Positions 20,913 through 31,223 of a stretch of DNA of 64,000 bases are shown one piece after another. The stretch lies in NCBI GenBank assembly GCA_963755915.1, contig CAVWLP010000002.1:3168001-3232000 (forward strand). Reading direction: 5' to 3'. The notes beneath the pieces were generated by a model. The model was not told the origin of the DNA. It did no database searches and was given only the letters and a program-made list of their open reading frames with translations. Origin of the DNA: an uncultured Phycisphaerales bacterium. GTDB taxonomy: Bacteria > Planctomycetota > Phycisphaerae > Tepidisphaerales > Tepidisphaeraceae. Within the stretch, counting starts at the first letter, position 1; every line of letters begins with the position of its first letter. The position numbers and the translations under genes are program-made.

Positions 20913-21641
20913 ATGAAACGACAGCGCGCATCAAAACGAAGGGTTCGTTCTACCGATGTCTGTGACCGCCTCCGCGGAATGATCCGATCCGGCGAGATCG
21001 GAATGGGACAGCGTTTGAAACAGCTTCATGTCGCCCGACGTCTGGGAGCATCACAAACACCTGTGCGCGAAGCGATTCGAACATTGGAGCAGGAGGGCTG
21101 GCTCGTTAGCGAATTCGGGAAGGGCACGCGCGTTCGGCAACTTTCTCCGGACAAGATCGAGGAGATTTACGAAGTGCGCGAGTTGCTCGAGGGATTCATG
21201 GCTCGCAAGGCCGCCGGGCTCCTCAATGAAGACCAAATCGCAACGCTTCGCGAATTGGCAACGGCTGCCGACGAAGTAGAGCAGCAGGAATACGTCCCTG
21301 GAAAAACGGCCTCGAACGAGGATCTGAAGTTTCATCTGGCCCTGGCCGGGATGATTGATAACCGGCTCCTGTCTGAATTTTATCAACGGCTGTGCAACCT
21401 GGGGCTCCTGCTAGTGGCGCTAAGCACGAATGTTGCGCCGCGGGTTGTCGCAACGCCTCACGGTGATCTCGTTGATGCCATCGAAAGCCGCCAGCCTGAC
21501 TGGGCCGAGGCCGTAGCGCGACGGCTGCTCCGATTGGCCCGCGATCGGATCCGCGAAGCGCTTTCACGTGGTTTAGCGGCCTGCCGCGTTACTCCCGACG
21601 GCCGCCATGCCTCGGAGTCCAACTCGCCTCAGGAAGTCTAA
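20913..21641 (+). CDS. GntR (FadR/FCD) transcriptional regulator
   Basis: LGASQTPVREAIRTLEQEG wHTH; EIYEVRELLE; DLKFH. Confidence 0.92.
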   Translation: MKRQRASKRRVRSTDVCDRLRGMIRSGEIGMGQRLKQLHVARRLGASQTPVREAIRTLEQEGWLVSEFGKGTRVRQLSPDKIEEIYEVRELLEGFMARKAAGLLNEDQIATLRELATAADEVEQQEYVPGKTASNEDLKFHLALAGMIDNRLLSEFYQRLCNLGLLLVALSTNVAPRVVATPHGDLVDAIESRQPDWAEAVARRLLRLARDRIREALSRGLAACRVTPDGRHASESNSPQEV

Positions 21642-21669
21642 TTTCGGTCTCGCGCCGGCGAGAAAAAGC

Positions 21670-22866
21670 ATGTCCAACGCAACTGTGGTTATTGTCGGTG
21701 GGGGGGTAACGGGGCTTAGCACGGCCTACCACCTGGCCTTGAAAAAATTTGGGCGCATTGTGATCCTCGAGAAAGGTCCGGTCGGCGATGGGTCATCGTC
21801 GCGCGCCGCCGGAATTATCACGGGGCTGATGTGGTCCAAAACCGGAGTTCTCGCCCGAAAAATCGCACTGGATCGCTTTGCCCAGTTCTCCGAGGAACTA
21901 CCCGGTTACCGGTTCCAAAACGTCGGGTGCCTCAATTGGTTTGACGAATCCTCCTGGCCCGATCGCGCCCGACTGCTGCCGCTATACGACAGTTGCGGCG
22001 TTAAATATGAAATCCTGAATTCCGATGAAATGCGCCGCCGCTGGCCGGCGATGAATCCGCCCGAGGGATACATCGGGCTTCACGACCCGCGCGGTGGATA
22101 TAGCGAACCTGATGAATACATTCCCGCGCTCGCCAACCAATGCCGACGTCTCGGCGTCGAAATCCTTGAATCGACGCAAGCCGAGTCATTGTTAACCTCC
22201 GGCGGCAAGGTTCGTGGCGTAAAGATCCCCGGCGGCATCATTGGGAGTGATCGCGTGGTTTGCGCGAACTACGCATGGATGAACGTCACTCTCGCGACCG
22301 TCGGAATCCAGTTGCCGGTCAAATCATTCGTCCATCAGCGCTACATCACGCGCTCGCTTTCTCAGCAAGCAGACCTGCCCGCGGTGAATGCAAACCCACT
22401 GGGCGGCTATATCCGCCCAGCGATGGGAAACAGGCTTCTGACGGGAATTGAAACCGCCGAAAGAAATGATTGGAAAGTGATCGGCAATGATTTCCATCTG
22501 AATTCTCTGTCTGTTCCCTCCGAGCTTCGCGATCAATTCGCAGGTTCTTTCCAAAGATCTTTTCCCGCGCTCCGAGAAGCGAAATGGGAAAAGCAGCACG
22601 TTGGTCTAATCACCTTTTCGATGGACGGCGAGCCGATCCTGGGCGAAATTCCTGCGATCAATGGACTCTTTGTAGGCGTGGCATTTCACTCCGGCGGCGT
22701 CGCTTACAGCCCCGTGAGTGGAATGCTTCTCGCAGAACTGGTTGCCACGGGCCGGACAAAGCTGGATATTTCCATCTTTTCGCCGGGGCGGTTCTCGGAA
22801 ATCGAGACCAAGGATTACCTGGCTTCCACCGTCCCACAAAAGAGCGCTGTCCGCCGGAGGCACTGA
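21670..22866 (+). CDS. FAD-dependent oxidoreductase (DAO/glycine oxidase/sarcosine oxidase beta-like)
   Basis: VVIVGGGVTGLSTAYHL, GSSSRAAG, DGEPILG. Confidence 0.88.
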   Translation: MSNATVVIVGGGVTGLSTAYHLALKKFGRIVILEKGPVGDGSSSRAAGIITGLMWSKTGVLARKIALDRFAQFSEELPGYRFQNVGCLNWFDESSWPDRARLLPLYDSCGVKYEILNSDEMRRRWPAMNPPEGYIGLHDPRGGYSEPDEYIPALANQCRRLGVEILESTQAESLLTSGGKVRGVKIPGGIIGSDRVVCANYAWMNVTLATVGIQLPVKSFVHQRYITRSLSQQADLPAVNANPLGGYIRPAMGNRLLTGIETAERNDWKVIGNDFHLNSLSVPSELRDQFAGSFQRSFPALREAKWEKQHVGLITFSMDGEPILGEIPAINGLFVGVAFHSGGVAYSPVSGMLLAELVATGRTKLDISIFSPGRFSEIETKDYLASTVPQKSAVRRRH

Positions 22867-23696
22867 TGCGAAACAGCAACATTCTCGCCAAGATCGCTCA
22901 AAACCGTGTGGCCCTGGCAACCACTCTGCACCTCATCGACCCAAGTTTGTACGAACTGGTTGCCTTGCTCGGATTCGACGGCATCTGGATGGATATGGAG
23001 CACCACGGCTATTCGGTGGAAACCGCCGCCAACCTGATGCGGGCCGCGCGCGTCGGCAGGGGGGCCGACATCATCGCTCGTCCCGGCAAGGGCGAATTCA
23101 TGCGCATGGCGCGGATGCTCGAAGCCGGCGCCACTGGAATCATGTACCCCCGGTGCGATGGAGCCGACGAAGCAAGGGAAGTCGTCCGCTGGGCGAAATT
23201 TGCCCCCATCGGACAGCGCGGGTTCGACGGTTCAAGCCCCGATGCGCCGTATTGCACGGTGCCGATCGCGCAGTACGTCACCGAAGCGAACGCGCAGACG
23301 TTCGTTCTGATCCAGATCGAAGAGCCGAGCGCCCTTACCGAAGCCGAGGCCATCGCCGCTGTGCCGGGTGTCGACATGATCATGCTTGGCCCGGCTGATT
23401 TTTCCGTTCTGACCGGAATTCCGGGAAAGTTCGACCATCCATCAATTGAGTCGGCGATTCAATCGATTGCCCGAGCCGCCGGCAATAGCGGCAAGAATTG
23501 GGCGAGCACTTGCGGTTCGGTTCCGCACGCTCGCCGCATGATCGATTTTGGCTGCCGCCTGGTGCTTTACGGGGCGGACATCGTGATGGTGAAAAACGGT
23601 CTTGAGGAGATCCGTCGAACGTTCGCCAAAGAACTGAGCATCCAGTTTTCGGGAATGCCGGATTTGGATTGCGGCGGCAGCAAAGAAAACAAATGA
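22866..23696 (+). CDS. HpcH/HpaI aldolase family protein
   Basis: GFDGIWMDMEH, KFAPIGQRG, IQIEE, LGPAD. Confidence 0.9.
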   Translation: MRNSNILAKIAQNRVALATTLHLIDPSLYELVALLGFDGIWMDMEHHGYSVETAANLMRAARVGRGADIIARPGKGEFMRMARMLEAGATGIMYPRCDGADEAREVVRWAKFAPIGQRGFDGSSPDAPYCTVPIAQYVTEANAQTFVLIQIEEPSALTEAEAIAAVPGVDMIMLGPADFSVLTGIPGKFDHPSIESAIQSIARAAGNSGKNWASTCGSVPHARRMIDFGCRLVLYGADIVMVKNGLEEIRRTFAKELSIQFSGMPDLDCGGSKENK

Positions 23697-23706
23697 GGCA
23701 TCGCGC

Positions 23707-24498
23707 GTGACGGTTCAAAAGCTATTCACTCTCGAAGGAAAGGTTTGCCTGGTGACTGGCGCAACCGGCCATCTCGGTTCGGCGATGGTGGAGGCCCTTG
23801 CCGAAGCCGGCGCCAGCGTTGTCGCCGCAAGCCGCAAACTTGACGCCGCCGAACGCGTGGCCGCAAATCTCCCCAAACAACATGATTCCCAGCGCCACCA
23901 CGGCCTGGAACTCGATCAGTTGAGCGGAGAAGCATCGATCAAACGCGCCTTCGACCGCACCATCGAAAAAGCAGGGCATATCGATGTTCTGGTCAACAAT
24001 GCCCACGAAGCAATCGCCGCCGATCTCACCGAAGTGAGCGGCGAACAATTCAACCGTCAGCTCGAGAACGCCACCGGCTATTTTCTTCTGGCGCGCCATC
24101 TGCACGACCACGCGGTGGGGCGCCGCACGCCCGCCAGCATCATTTTCCTCGGTTCAATGTATGGCCTGGTCGCGTCTTATCCCGACGCCTACCGGGAGAT
24201 TAGCTCGGCGAATCCGGTTGCATACCAGGCGCTCAAGGGCGGGGTGATTCAAATGGCGCGCCATCTGGCTGTCTATTGGGCAAAAGATGACGTGCGAGTA
24301 AACGCGCTCAGCCCGGGCCCGTTTCCTTCGCCCAAGGCTGATAAGAGACTGATCGCTCGCCTGAAGAAAAAGACTCCGATGAACCGTATCGGTACTCCCG
24401 AAGAGCTCAAGGGAGCTATTGTTTTTTTGGCCAGCGACGCTTCAAGTTTCGTGACCGGCCACAACCTTGTTGTGGATGGAGGCTGGACCGCCTGGTAA
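23707..24498 (+). CDS. SDR family oxidoreductase
   Basis: TGATGHLG, VNNA, YQALK, RVNALSPG, VDGGW. Confidence 0.92.
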   Translation: MTVQKLFTLEGKVCLVTGATGHLGSAMVEALAEAGASVVAASRKLDAAERVAANLPKQHDSQRHHGLELDQLSGEASIKRAFDRTIEKAGHIDVLVNNAHEAIAADLTEVSGEQFNRQLENATGYFLLARHLHDHAVGRRTPASIIFLGSMYGLVASYPDAYREISSANPVAYQALKGGVIQMARHLAVYWAKDDVRVNALSPGPFPSPKADKRLIARLKKKTPMNRIGTPEELKGAIVFLASDASSFVTGHNLVVDGGWTAW

Positions 24499-24516
24499 TC
24501 GTGAGGTAGGCGTTCC

Positions 24517-25613
24517 GTGAGACCTGTGCATGACATTCCGCAAACACCTGCGCTTGTGATCGACGAGCCTACCGTCGCTCGCAATCTGTCCCGCCTGGCC
24601 GACTACGCGAAGCGGCATGGCATCTACATCCGGCCTCATACAAAAACGCACAAGTCGCTCGAAATGGCCCATCGTCAGATAGCGGCGGGGGCCCGCGGGC
24701 TGACAGCCGCCAAGGTCGGTGAGGCCGAGGCCATGGTGCTGGCGTCCGATGATATTCTCCTGGCCTATCCCGCGGTCGACGCATCGCGCCGCCAGCGCTT
24801 AGCCACTCTGGCCACCGCCCACAACATTCGCGTCGCCGTCGATTCCCAATTCGCACTGGAAGTGCTCTCCAGCGCCGCGAGCAGCGCAAACGCTGTCATT
24901 GGCATCCTGGTTGATCTGGACGTTGGCATGCACCGCACCGGCGTGCAGTCTCCCAAGGCTGCGCTGGAATTGGCGCAAGCGGTCGCGCAGACCCCGTCCC
25001 TGCGGCTCGACGGGTTGTTTTATTATCCCGGGCATGTCTGGCAGCCATCTGGCGAACAAATGAAACCGCTCAACTCCATTGCCGAACTTTTGCAGGAGAC
25101 GCTTTCCCTCTGGTCCCACAGCGGATTATCCGCCTCAATCGTCTCGGGCGGCTCAACTCCCACTGCGTATCAATCCCACCTCATTCCGCGGACCACCGAG
25201 ATTCGCCCCGGAACCTACATCTACAATGACATGAACACGGTAGGGGGCGGCTACTGCTCGCTCGAAGATTGCGCCGCAAAACTCGTTTGCACCGTCGTGA
25301 GCAATGCCGTCCCCGGCAAAGTGGTGGTCGATGCCGGATCCAAAACCCTAACCAGCGACCGAAACATCACCCAACCCGAAAGCGGCCACGGTCACGTCGT
25401 CGAATACCCTCGGGCCAGGATTGCGCGCCTCAGCGAAGAGCATGGCGAGCTTGATATCACCGCCTGCGATCGCGCGCGAAAATCGGCGAGCGCGTTCAAA
25501 TCATCCCGAACCATATTTGTCCGTCTGTGAACCTCCAGGACTTCGCGTGGCTGCGAGGCGCCGACGGCTCATTGCGCCCGATCAACATCGACACCCGAGG
25601 AAAGCTCTCATGA
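24517..25613 (+). CDS. DSD1/D-threonine aldolase-type (alanine racemase fold) PLP enzyme; frameshift at ~25475
   Basis: RPHTKTHK, HRTGV, SGGSTP, RPGTY, DAGSK, LSEEHG; IPNHIC C-terminus lies in a shifted frame. Confidence 0.85.
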
Positions 25614-26965
25614 CGCTGGCCGCGAATTCCCTTATCCGCAATCACGAACGCTCCACCCAGGTGCTTCAGCGGAACAGTCAATTTATTCCCGGCGGCCTCG
25701 CGTCGATCAACCGCAAGGCGGATCCGTGCATCGCCTTCGCTCGTGCCCAGGGATCGCGAATGTGGGATGTCGATGGGAATGAGTATATCGACTATCACGC
25801 GGGCTTCGCCCCGTACATCCTCGGTCACAACGACCCGGATCAGCTCGAAGCCGTTGCCGCCGCCCTCCGCTCCGGCCGCTCCAACTACGGCTCCGGGCCC
25901 ACCGAAGACGAAGGCGATCTGGCGCGACTGTTCCTCTCGGCTCTTCCGATGGCCGAAAAGGTGCAGTTCTTCAACACGGGTTCCGAAGCCACCGCGCAGG
26001 CGATTCGCGTCGCCCGCGCCTTCACCGGCCGCGAGCACGTCATTCGAATGCAGGGGGGATACAACGGCAACCAGAATGTCGTCGCCGCCAATCTCATGAC
26101 AAGCGCCGCTGACCTCGGTGGAAAGGAAATCATCGGCGACGAATATCCCGTCGTGCCCATCAGCGCCGGGATTCCACAGTCCGAGTTGCGCCTCCTTCAT
26201 CCTGTCCCATTCAACGACCTTGCGGCCGTCGAGACGATCGCCAAGCGCTATCCGATCGCTGCGCTGATCACCGAGCCGGCACTTCAGAACATCGGAGTTG
26301 TCAAACCCGAGCCGGGCTATCTCGAAGGTCTGCGTCGCCTTGCCGACCAATATGGCCTGGTGCTGATCTTCGATGAAGTAAAGACAGGGTTTCGCGCGAG
26401 CTTGGGGGGATACCAGCAATTGAGCGGGGTCGCGCCCGATCTTTCCACATTCGGCAAGGCATTCGCAAACGGATTTCCGATTGCGGCCCTGGCGGGCAAG
26501 CGGCAATACTTGGATCTGGTGATAGATCCGGATCCCAAGCGCCGCGTCCTCATCGCCGGTACCTATAACTGCCATCCAATTCCGGTCGCAGCCGCCATCG
26601 CCTGCCTGAATAAGCTCAAGGACCCAAGTCGCGACGTTTACGGCCATCTCGAAAAGTTGGCGAGTAAACTTGAGGAAGGACAGCGCCGCCTGTTTGCCGA
26701 TTTTCGAATCGTTGCCACGATCAGCCGTATTGGCAGCGCGCATTGCGTCTATTTTATGGATCACGCTCCCAGGGATTGGTGGGACCTGCTTCAGGGTCAC
26801 GACTCCGCATTTGATCTGCGCTATCGACGGGCGCTAATCGATCGCGGCATCTACAATTTCCCCGTTGCGGCGAAGCAGGGCAGCATCAGTTTCGCGCACT
26901 CTGAGTCCGATATCGACCAGACGCTCGACGCCCTTGCTTCGGTACTGAAATCATTCAAGGCCTGA
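25610..26965 (+). CDS. Class III aminotransferase (GSA aminomutase-like)
   Basis: WDVDGNEYIDY, NTGSEAT, FDEVKTGFR, FGKAFANG; ATGA overlap. Confidence 0.88.
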   Translation: MTLAANSLIRNHERSTQVLQRNSQFIPGGLASINRKADPCIAFARAQGSRMWDVDGNEYIDYHAGFAPYILGHNDPDQLEAVAAALRSGRSNYGSGPTEDEGDLARLFLSALPMAEKVQFFNTGSEATAQAIRVARAFTGREHVIRMQGGYNGNQNVVAANLMTSAADLGGKEIIGDEYPVVPISAGIPQSELRLLHPVPFNDLAAVETIAKRYPIAALITEPALQNIGVVKPEPGYLEGLRRLADQYGLVLIFDEVKTGFRASLGGYQQLSGVAPDLSTFGKAFANGFPIAALAGKRQYLDLVIDPDPKRRVLIAGTYNCHPIPVAAAIACLNKLKDPSRDVYGHLEKLASKLEEGQRRLFADFRIVATISRIGSAHCVYFMDHAPRDWWDLLQGHDSAFDLRYRRALIDRGIYNFPVAAKQGSISFAHSESDIDQTLDALASVLKSFKA

Positions 26966-26984
26966 CCTCATTCGGTGTTGAAAC

Positions 26985-27857
26985 ATGAAACTCATTCGAT
27001 TCGGTCTCTTTCGTAAGGAAAAACCGGGGGTCGAGATCGGCCCTGGCGTTCGAAAGGACTGCTCGCAGTATTTCTCGGATTGGAACTCGGAATTTTTCGC
27101 GGGTAACGGCTTGGTACATCTGGCCGACCTGCTTAAAACGAAGATGAATTCTCTCCCGGATGTTCCCGCAGGCATTCGCCTCGGCGCGCCGATCGCACGT
27201 CCCGGCAAGGTCCTCTGCATCGGGCTGAATTATTCCGACCATGCTCGCGAGTCCGGCCAGCCGGTGCCGAAGGAACCCATTGTTTTTATGAAAGCCGCTA
27301 ATTGTGTCGTCGGCCCATTCGACGACATCGTGATCCCGCGAAATTCCAGGAAAACCGATTGGGAAGTTGAGTTGGCGCTGGTCATCGGCTCCGAGGCCCG
27401 CTATCTCGGCTCGCCGAAGGATGCGGTCAATCACATCGCCGGGTATTGCGTCTCGAACGACGTTTCCGAGCGAGAATTCCAGCTCGAGCGCGGCGGTCAA
27501 TGGACAAAGGGGAAAAGCTGCGACTCGTTCAATCCTCTGGGTCCCTGGCTCGTGACAGCCGATGAAATTCCCAACGCCGGTAACCTGAGCATGACTCTGG
27601 ACGTTAACGGCCGGCGCATGCAGTCCGGCAACACGAGCACCATGGTCTTCAACTGCGGTTTCCTGGTTCATTACCTCTCGCAGTTTATGACACTCGAGCC
27701 CGGCGACCTGGTTTCCACCGGTACCCCGCCCGGCGTGGGACTGGGGATGAAGCCGCCGCAATACCTCAAAGCCGGCGACACTGTTGAACTTTCCATCGAT
27801 GGTCTCGGCCACCAAAAGCAATTGTGCCGCGACGAAAAACCGGCGGTATCCTCATGA
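26985..27857 (+). CDS. Fumarylacetoacetate hydrolase family protein
   Basis: CIGLNY, DWEVEL, NDVSER, GKSCD, TGTPPGVG. Confidence 0.93.
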   Translation: MKLIRFGLFRKEKPGVEIGPGVRKDCSQYFSDWNSEFFAGNGLVHLADLLKTKMNSLPDVPAGIRLGAPIARPGKVLCIGLNYSDHARESGQPVPKEPIVFMKAANCVVGPFDDIVIPRNSRKTDWEVELALVIGSEARYLGSPKDAVNHIAGYCVSNDVSEREFQLERGGQWTKGKSCDSFNPLGPWLVTADEIPNAGNLSMTLDVNGRRMQSGNTSTMVFNCGFLVHYLSQFMTLEPGDLVSTGTPPGVGLGMKPPQYLKAGDTVELSIDGLGHQKQLCRDEKPAVSS

Positions 27858-28714
27858 TCGTCGATGTCCATTCTCACGCCTGGGCGTTTCCCGATCACTT
27901 TAGCGACGATTTCCGCCGCCAGGCAAGCCGCGCCAAAAGCGGCGGGGAAGTCGACCTCACCGTCCGTTACGACCAATATCGCGCCCAGGCTACCCCCGAC
28001 ACCATCACCGTTGTCTTCGGCGGCAAAGCCAGGCTCAGCGGACTTTGGGTTGATGATCAATACGTCGCAGACTATGTGGCGAAAAATCCCAAGACGCTGA
28101 TCGGATTCCTTTCACTTGATCCCACGCAAAAAAGCTGGCAAAAAGAAATGCGAGCGGGGCACACCGAGCTGGGATTGCGCGGGATTAAGCTGATGCCGAT
28201 GTACGCCGGCTTCAAGCCGCACGATCGCCATCTCGATCCGCTTTGGCGCTACGCTACGAAACACGCTCTTCCCGTGCTGCTCCACACCGGCACCACGTTT
28301 GTCAGCCAGGCGCCGATTAAATTCACCCTCCCGCGCCACCTCGATACCGTCGCGATTCGTTTTCCCGATGTGAAGATTATCATGGCCCACCTGGGCCATC
28401 CCTACGAAGGGGAATGCATCGCGGTCGCTCGAAAGCACCCCAACGTTTACGCCGACATCAGCGCTCTCCACTATCGTCCTTTCCAGTTCTATCACAGCCT
28501 GATGCTCGCGCAAGAATACGGCATCTGGGACAAGCTCCTATTCGGAACCGACTACCCGTTTACCACTGTCAATGCCACGATTGCCGGTCTTCGCTCGCTC
28601 AATCGCATGACCGAGGGTACGGGTTTGCCGCGACTGGAGGAATCGCGCATCGAAACGCTGATTCATCGCGATACGCGCACGATACTTGGTTTGGATCCGG
28701 AAAAGTCAAAATAG
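27854..28714 (+). CDS. Amidohydrolase_2 family protein
   Basis: IVDVHSH, LHTG, AHLGHP, FGTDYP. Confidence 0.9.
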   Translation: MIVDVHSHAWAFPDHFSDDFRRQASRAKSGGEVDLTVRYDQYRAQATPDTITVVFGGKARLSGLWVDDQYVADYVAKNPKTLIGFLSLDPTQKSWQKEMRAGHTELGLRGIKLMPMYAGFKPHDRHLDPLWRYATKHALPVLLHTGTTFVSQAPIKFTLPRHLDTVAIRFPDVKIIMAHLGHPYEGECIAVARKHPNVYADISALHYRPFQFYHSLMLAQEYGIWDKLLFGTDYPFTTVNATIAGLRSLNRMTEGTGLPRLEESRIETLIHRDTRTILGLDPEKSK

Positions 28715-28734
28715 AACGCGCGAGAAATTGTTTA

Positions 28735-29841
28735 ATGCGGCTCATCATCGATTCCCATCTCGATCTTTCCTGGAATGCCCTCTCCTGGAATCGGGACCTC
28801 ACTCAGCCCATCGCCGCGCTGCGTGCCATCGAGGCCGGAATGACCGACGACGATGCCCGTGGGAACGGAACCGTGACTCTCCCCGAAATGCGCCGCGGCG
28901 GCGCCGCCGTTTGCTGCGGCACCTTGCTCTGCCGTGCCAAATCTCAACCGAAGCCGGTCCGCAAAATCGATCTCGACGTCGCCACGCAGGAGATCGCGTG
29001 TGCCGTCGCCCGCGGCCAGTTGAGCTATTACCGCCTGCTTGCACAGCGGAAGGAGCTGAACTTCATCGAAAATCGGCAGCAATTGGAGGCCCACTGGTCT
29101 GCTTGGTCGGATAACGCTCGTGATGCAAATACCAAATTGCCGATCGGAATCATCCTCGCCATGGAAGGGGCTGACCCTATCGTTTCCCCGTCGCAGACCC
29201 AGCAGTGGTGGGACGACGGGCTCCGCGCCGTCGGCCTGGCCCACTATGGCAAAAGCCATTATGCCGTGGGCACGGGCGACGACGGACCGCTCACTGGCAG
29301 TGGCGTGGAGCTGCTGAAGGAATTCGATCGCCTCGGAATGATTCTCGATGCCACCCATAGCTCCGATTCCAGCTTCTTCCAGGCGATGGATCTCTTCGCC
29401 GGGCCGGTGATGGCCAGCCACAATAATTGCCGCGCGCTCGTTCCCGGCGACCGGCAGTTCTCCGACGAACAGCTCAAGCTGCTCATCCAGCGATCCGCCG
29501 TCATCGGCGTTGCACTCGATGCATGGATGCTAAAACCTGGCTTCGTGATCGGCGAAACTCCCGGCAGCGCGGTTTCCCTCGACGCCGTCGCCGACCACAT
29601 CGATCACATCTGCCAAGTCGCCGGGAGTACGCGTCACGCCGCCATAGGCTCCGATCTCGACGGAGGCTTCGGCACGGAACAATCTCCCGGCGGGCTCGAC
29701 ACCATCGCCGATCTTCAGAAGCTCGACGAAATCCTGGCTCGCCGCGGCTATTCTAACTCCGATATCGATCTCATTTTTCATGGCAATTGGCTTCGCTTTT
29801 TTATGCAGGCCCTGCCCGAAACTGATCGGAACATCTCATGA
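28735..29841 (+). CDS. Membrane (renal) dipeptidase family, peptidase M19
   Basis: IDSHLD, MEGAD, ASHNNCR, DHIDHI, IGSDLDG. Confidence 0.9.
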   Translation: MRLIIDSHLDLSWNALSWNRDLTQPIAALRAIEAGMTDDDARGNGTVTLPEMRRGGAAVCCGTLLCRAKSQPKPVRKIDLDVATQEIACAVARGQLSYYRLLAQRKELNFIENRQQLEAHWSAWSDNARDANTKLPIGIILAMEGADPIVSPSQTQQWWDDGLRAVGLAHYGKSHYAVGTGDDGPLTGSGVELLKEFDRLGMILDATHSSDSSFFQAMDLFAGPVMASHNNCRALVPGDRQFSDEQLKLLIQRSAVIGVALDAWMLKPGFVIGETPGSAVSLDAVADHIDHICQVAGSTRHAAIGSDLDGGFGTEQSPGGLDTIADLQKLDEILARRGYSNSDIDLIFHGNWLRFFMQALPETDRNIS

Positions 29842-30305
29842 ACCAGCGAGAAAAAAAGCTTGAAGAACTTGGCTACCCTCTCGACAAGCGAACTCCTGAA
29901 GGCGCTCTCGTCGACGCCGTCGCGGTCGTCGGCGATATCGTCTACGCGTCCGGCCAGGTTCCATTCGACGGGTCGGTGCTCGTGAGCAAGGGAAAGGTTC
30001 CCTCCGCGGTAAGCGTACCCGACGCCACCAGGGCTGCCGCCCTTTGCGCCGCCAACGTGCTGCGCACCGTCCGGCATCATGTCGGCTCTCTCGATCGCAT
30101 TCAGCGCATCGTTCGTATCACCGGTTACGTGAATTCCGACGCCGATTTCACGGATGAACACCTGGTGATCAACGGCGCCACACAACTCGTATTGGATGTT
30201 TTCGGGGAAGCCGGGCGCCACGCCCGCACTGCGCTCGGCATGGCCCAGTTGCCGCTTGGCGCCAGTACTGAAGTTGAAATGATCCTCCAACTTGCAAAAC
30301 AATAA
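29838..30305 (+). CDS. RidA/YjgF family protein
   Basis: YASGQVP, HLVINGA, GRHARTALG, LPLGASTEVE. Confidence 0.9.
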   Translation: MNQREKKLEELGYPLDKRTPEGALVDAVAVVGDIVYASGQVPFDGSVLVSKGKVPSAVSVPDATRAAALCAANVLRTVRHHVGSLDRIQRIVRITGYVNSDADFTDEHLVINGATQLVLDVFGEAGRHARTALGMAQLPLGASTEVEMILQLAKQ

Positions 30306-30314
30306 TCACTCGAA

Positions 30315-31223
30315 TTAGATCCCGATCGCTCGCCGAGGATTTTCGCGAAGCAGCCGTTCGCATTCTTCCGCGGTCAGCTTCAGGTGATTTCGCAGGTTGC
30401 TTTCGCTTTGCTTCATCGTGATCGCCGAGCCAATCAAATGGCTCCCATCCGGCGCGCGCGCCACCATGTCTTTACCAATCAGCAGATTCCATCGGCTGAA
30501 GCTGTATCGCCCCGGCCCCATGCCCGCCGGCGCAATAGCATCCGTCACAACAATCGCACGCTGCGAACCAACCAGATCCAGATAATTCCTCAGCGCGAAA
30601 AACGGCACATGGGCACCGTCGGCAATAAAGCAGATCCACAGCTTTTCGCGCAGTGATAAGGCCCGCTGGACAATATTGTCGTGCCGGTGCATCTGCATCG
30701 GGCACCCGTTTCCCAGGTGTGTGAAAATCGTCAGCCCCGCATCGATCGCTCCGCGCAGTTCGTCGATGGTCGCATTCGTATGCCCCGCTGCCACGCGAAT
30801 TCCCTGCCCCGCGAGGAACGCCGTGGTTTCAAATCCTGCATCGCGCTCCGGCGCCAGCGTCACCAGTTTTACCAGCCCTTTACCTGCCTCTATCAGCGCC
30901 TTCGCCGCGTCAACCGTTGCCCCAATCGCCGCGTCCCGTGGATGCGCACCCACGTACCCCGGCACATCGCTGATAAACGGCCCCTCGACATGAATTCCCG
31001 CAATTATCCGCCGCGCCAGTTCATCGGCCTCCCGCTGCTCGACGATCCGCCTGATCCGGCCGCACATTACATCCAGCTCCTCCGTGATGACGGTCGCCAA
31101 AATTCCTTCGACGCCATCCCGTACCAGTTTCTCACAAGCGCCCCGAAGCTCGCCGGCCGTGATCGCATCGCGATTGAAATCCACGCTGCCATATCCGTTG
31201 ACCTGGAGATCGAAATACTTCAT
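30315..31223 (-). CDS. nagA: N-acetylglucosamine-6-phosphate deacetylase family protein
   Basis: FDLQVNG, HVEGPFI, GAHP, TLAPE, THLGNG, IADGAH, VTDA. Confidence 0.85.
   Translation of the reverse strand: MKYFDLQVNGYGSVDFNRDAITAGELRGACEKLVRDGVEGILATVITEELDVMCGRIRRIVEQREADELARRIIAGIHVEGPFISDVPGYVGAHPRDAAIGATVDAAKALIEAGKGLVKLVTLAPERDAGFETTAFLAGQGIRVAAGHTNATIDELRGAIDAGLTIFTHLGNGCPMQMHRHDNIVQRALSLREKLWICFIADGAHVPFFALRNYLDLVGSQRAIVVTDAIAPAGMGPGRYSFSRWNLLIGKDMVARAPDGSHLIGSAITMKQSESNLRNHLKLTAEECERLLRENPRRAIGI

Noticed and set aside
19425-26965. The two GSA-aminomutase-like genes as hemL (tetrapyrrole synthesis)
   Set aside because: Both sit in a catabolic context with no hem genes, so they are assigned only to class III aminotransferases.
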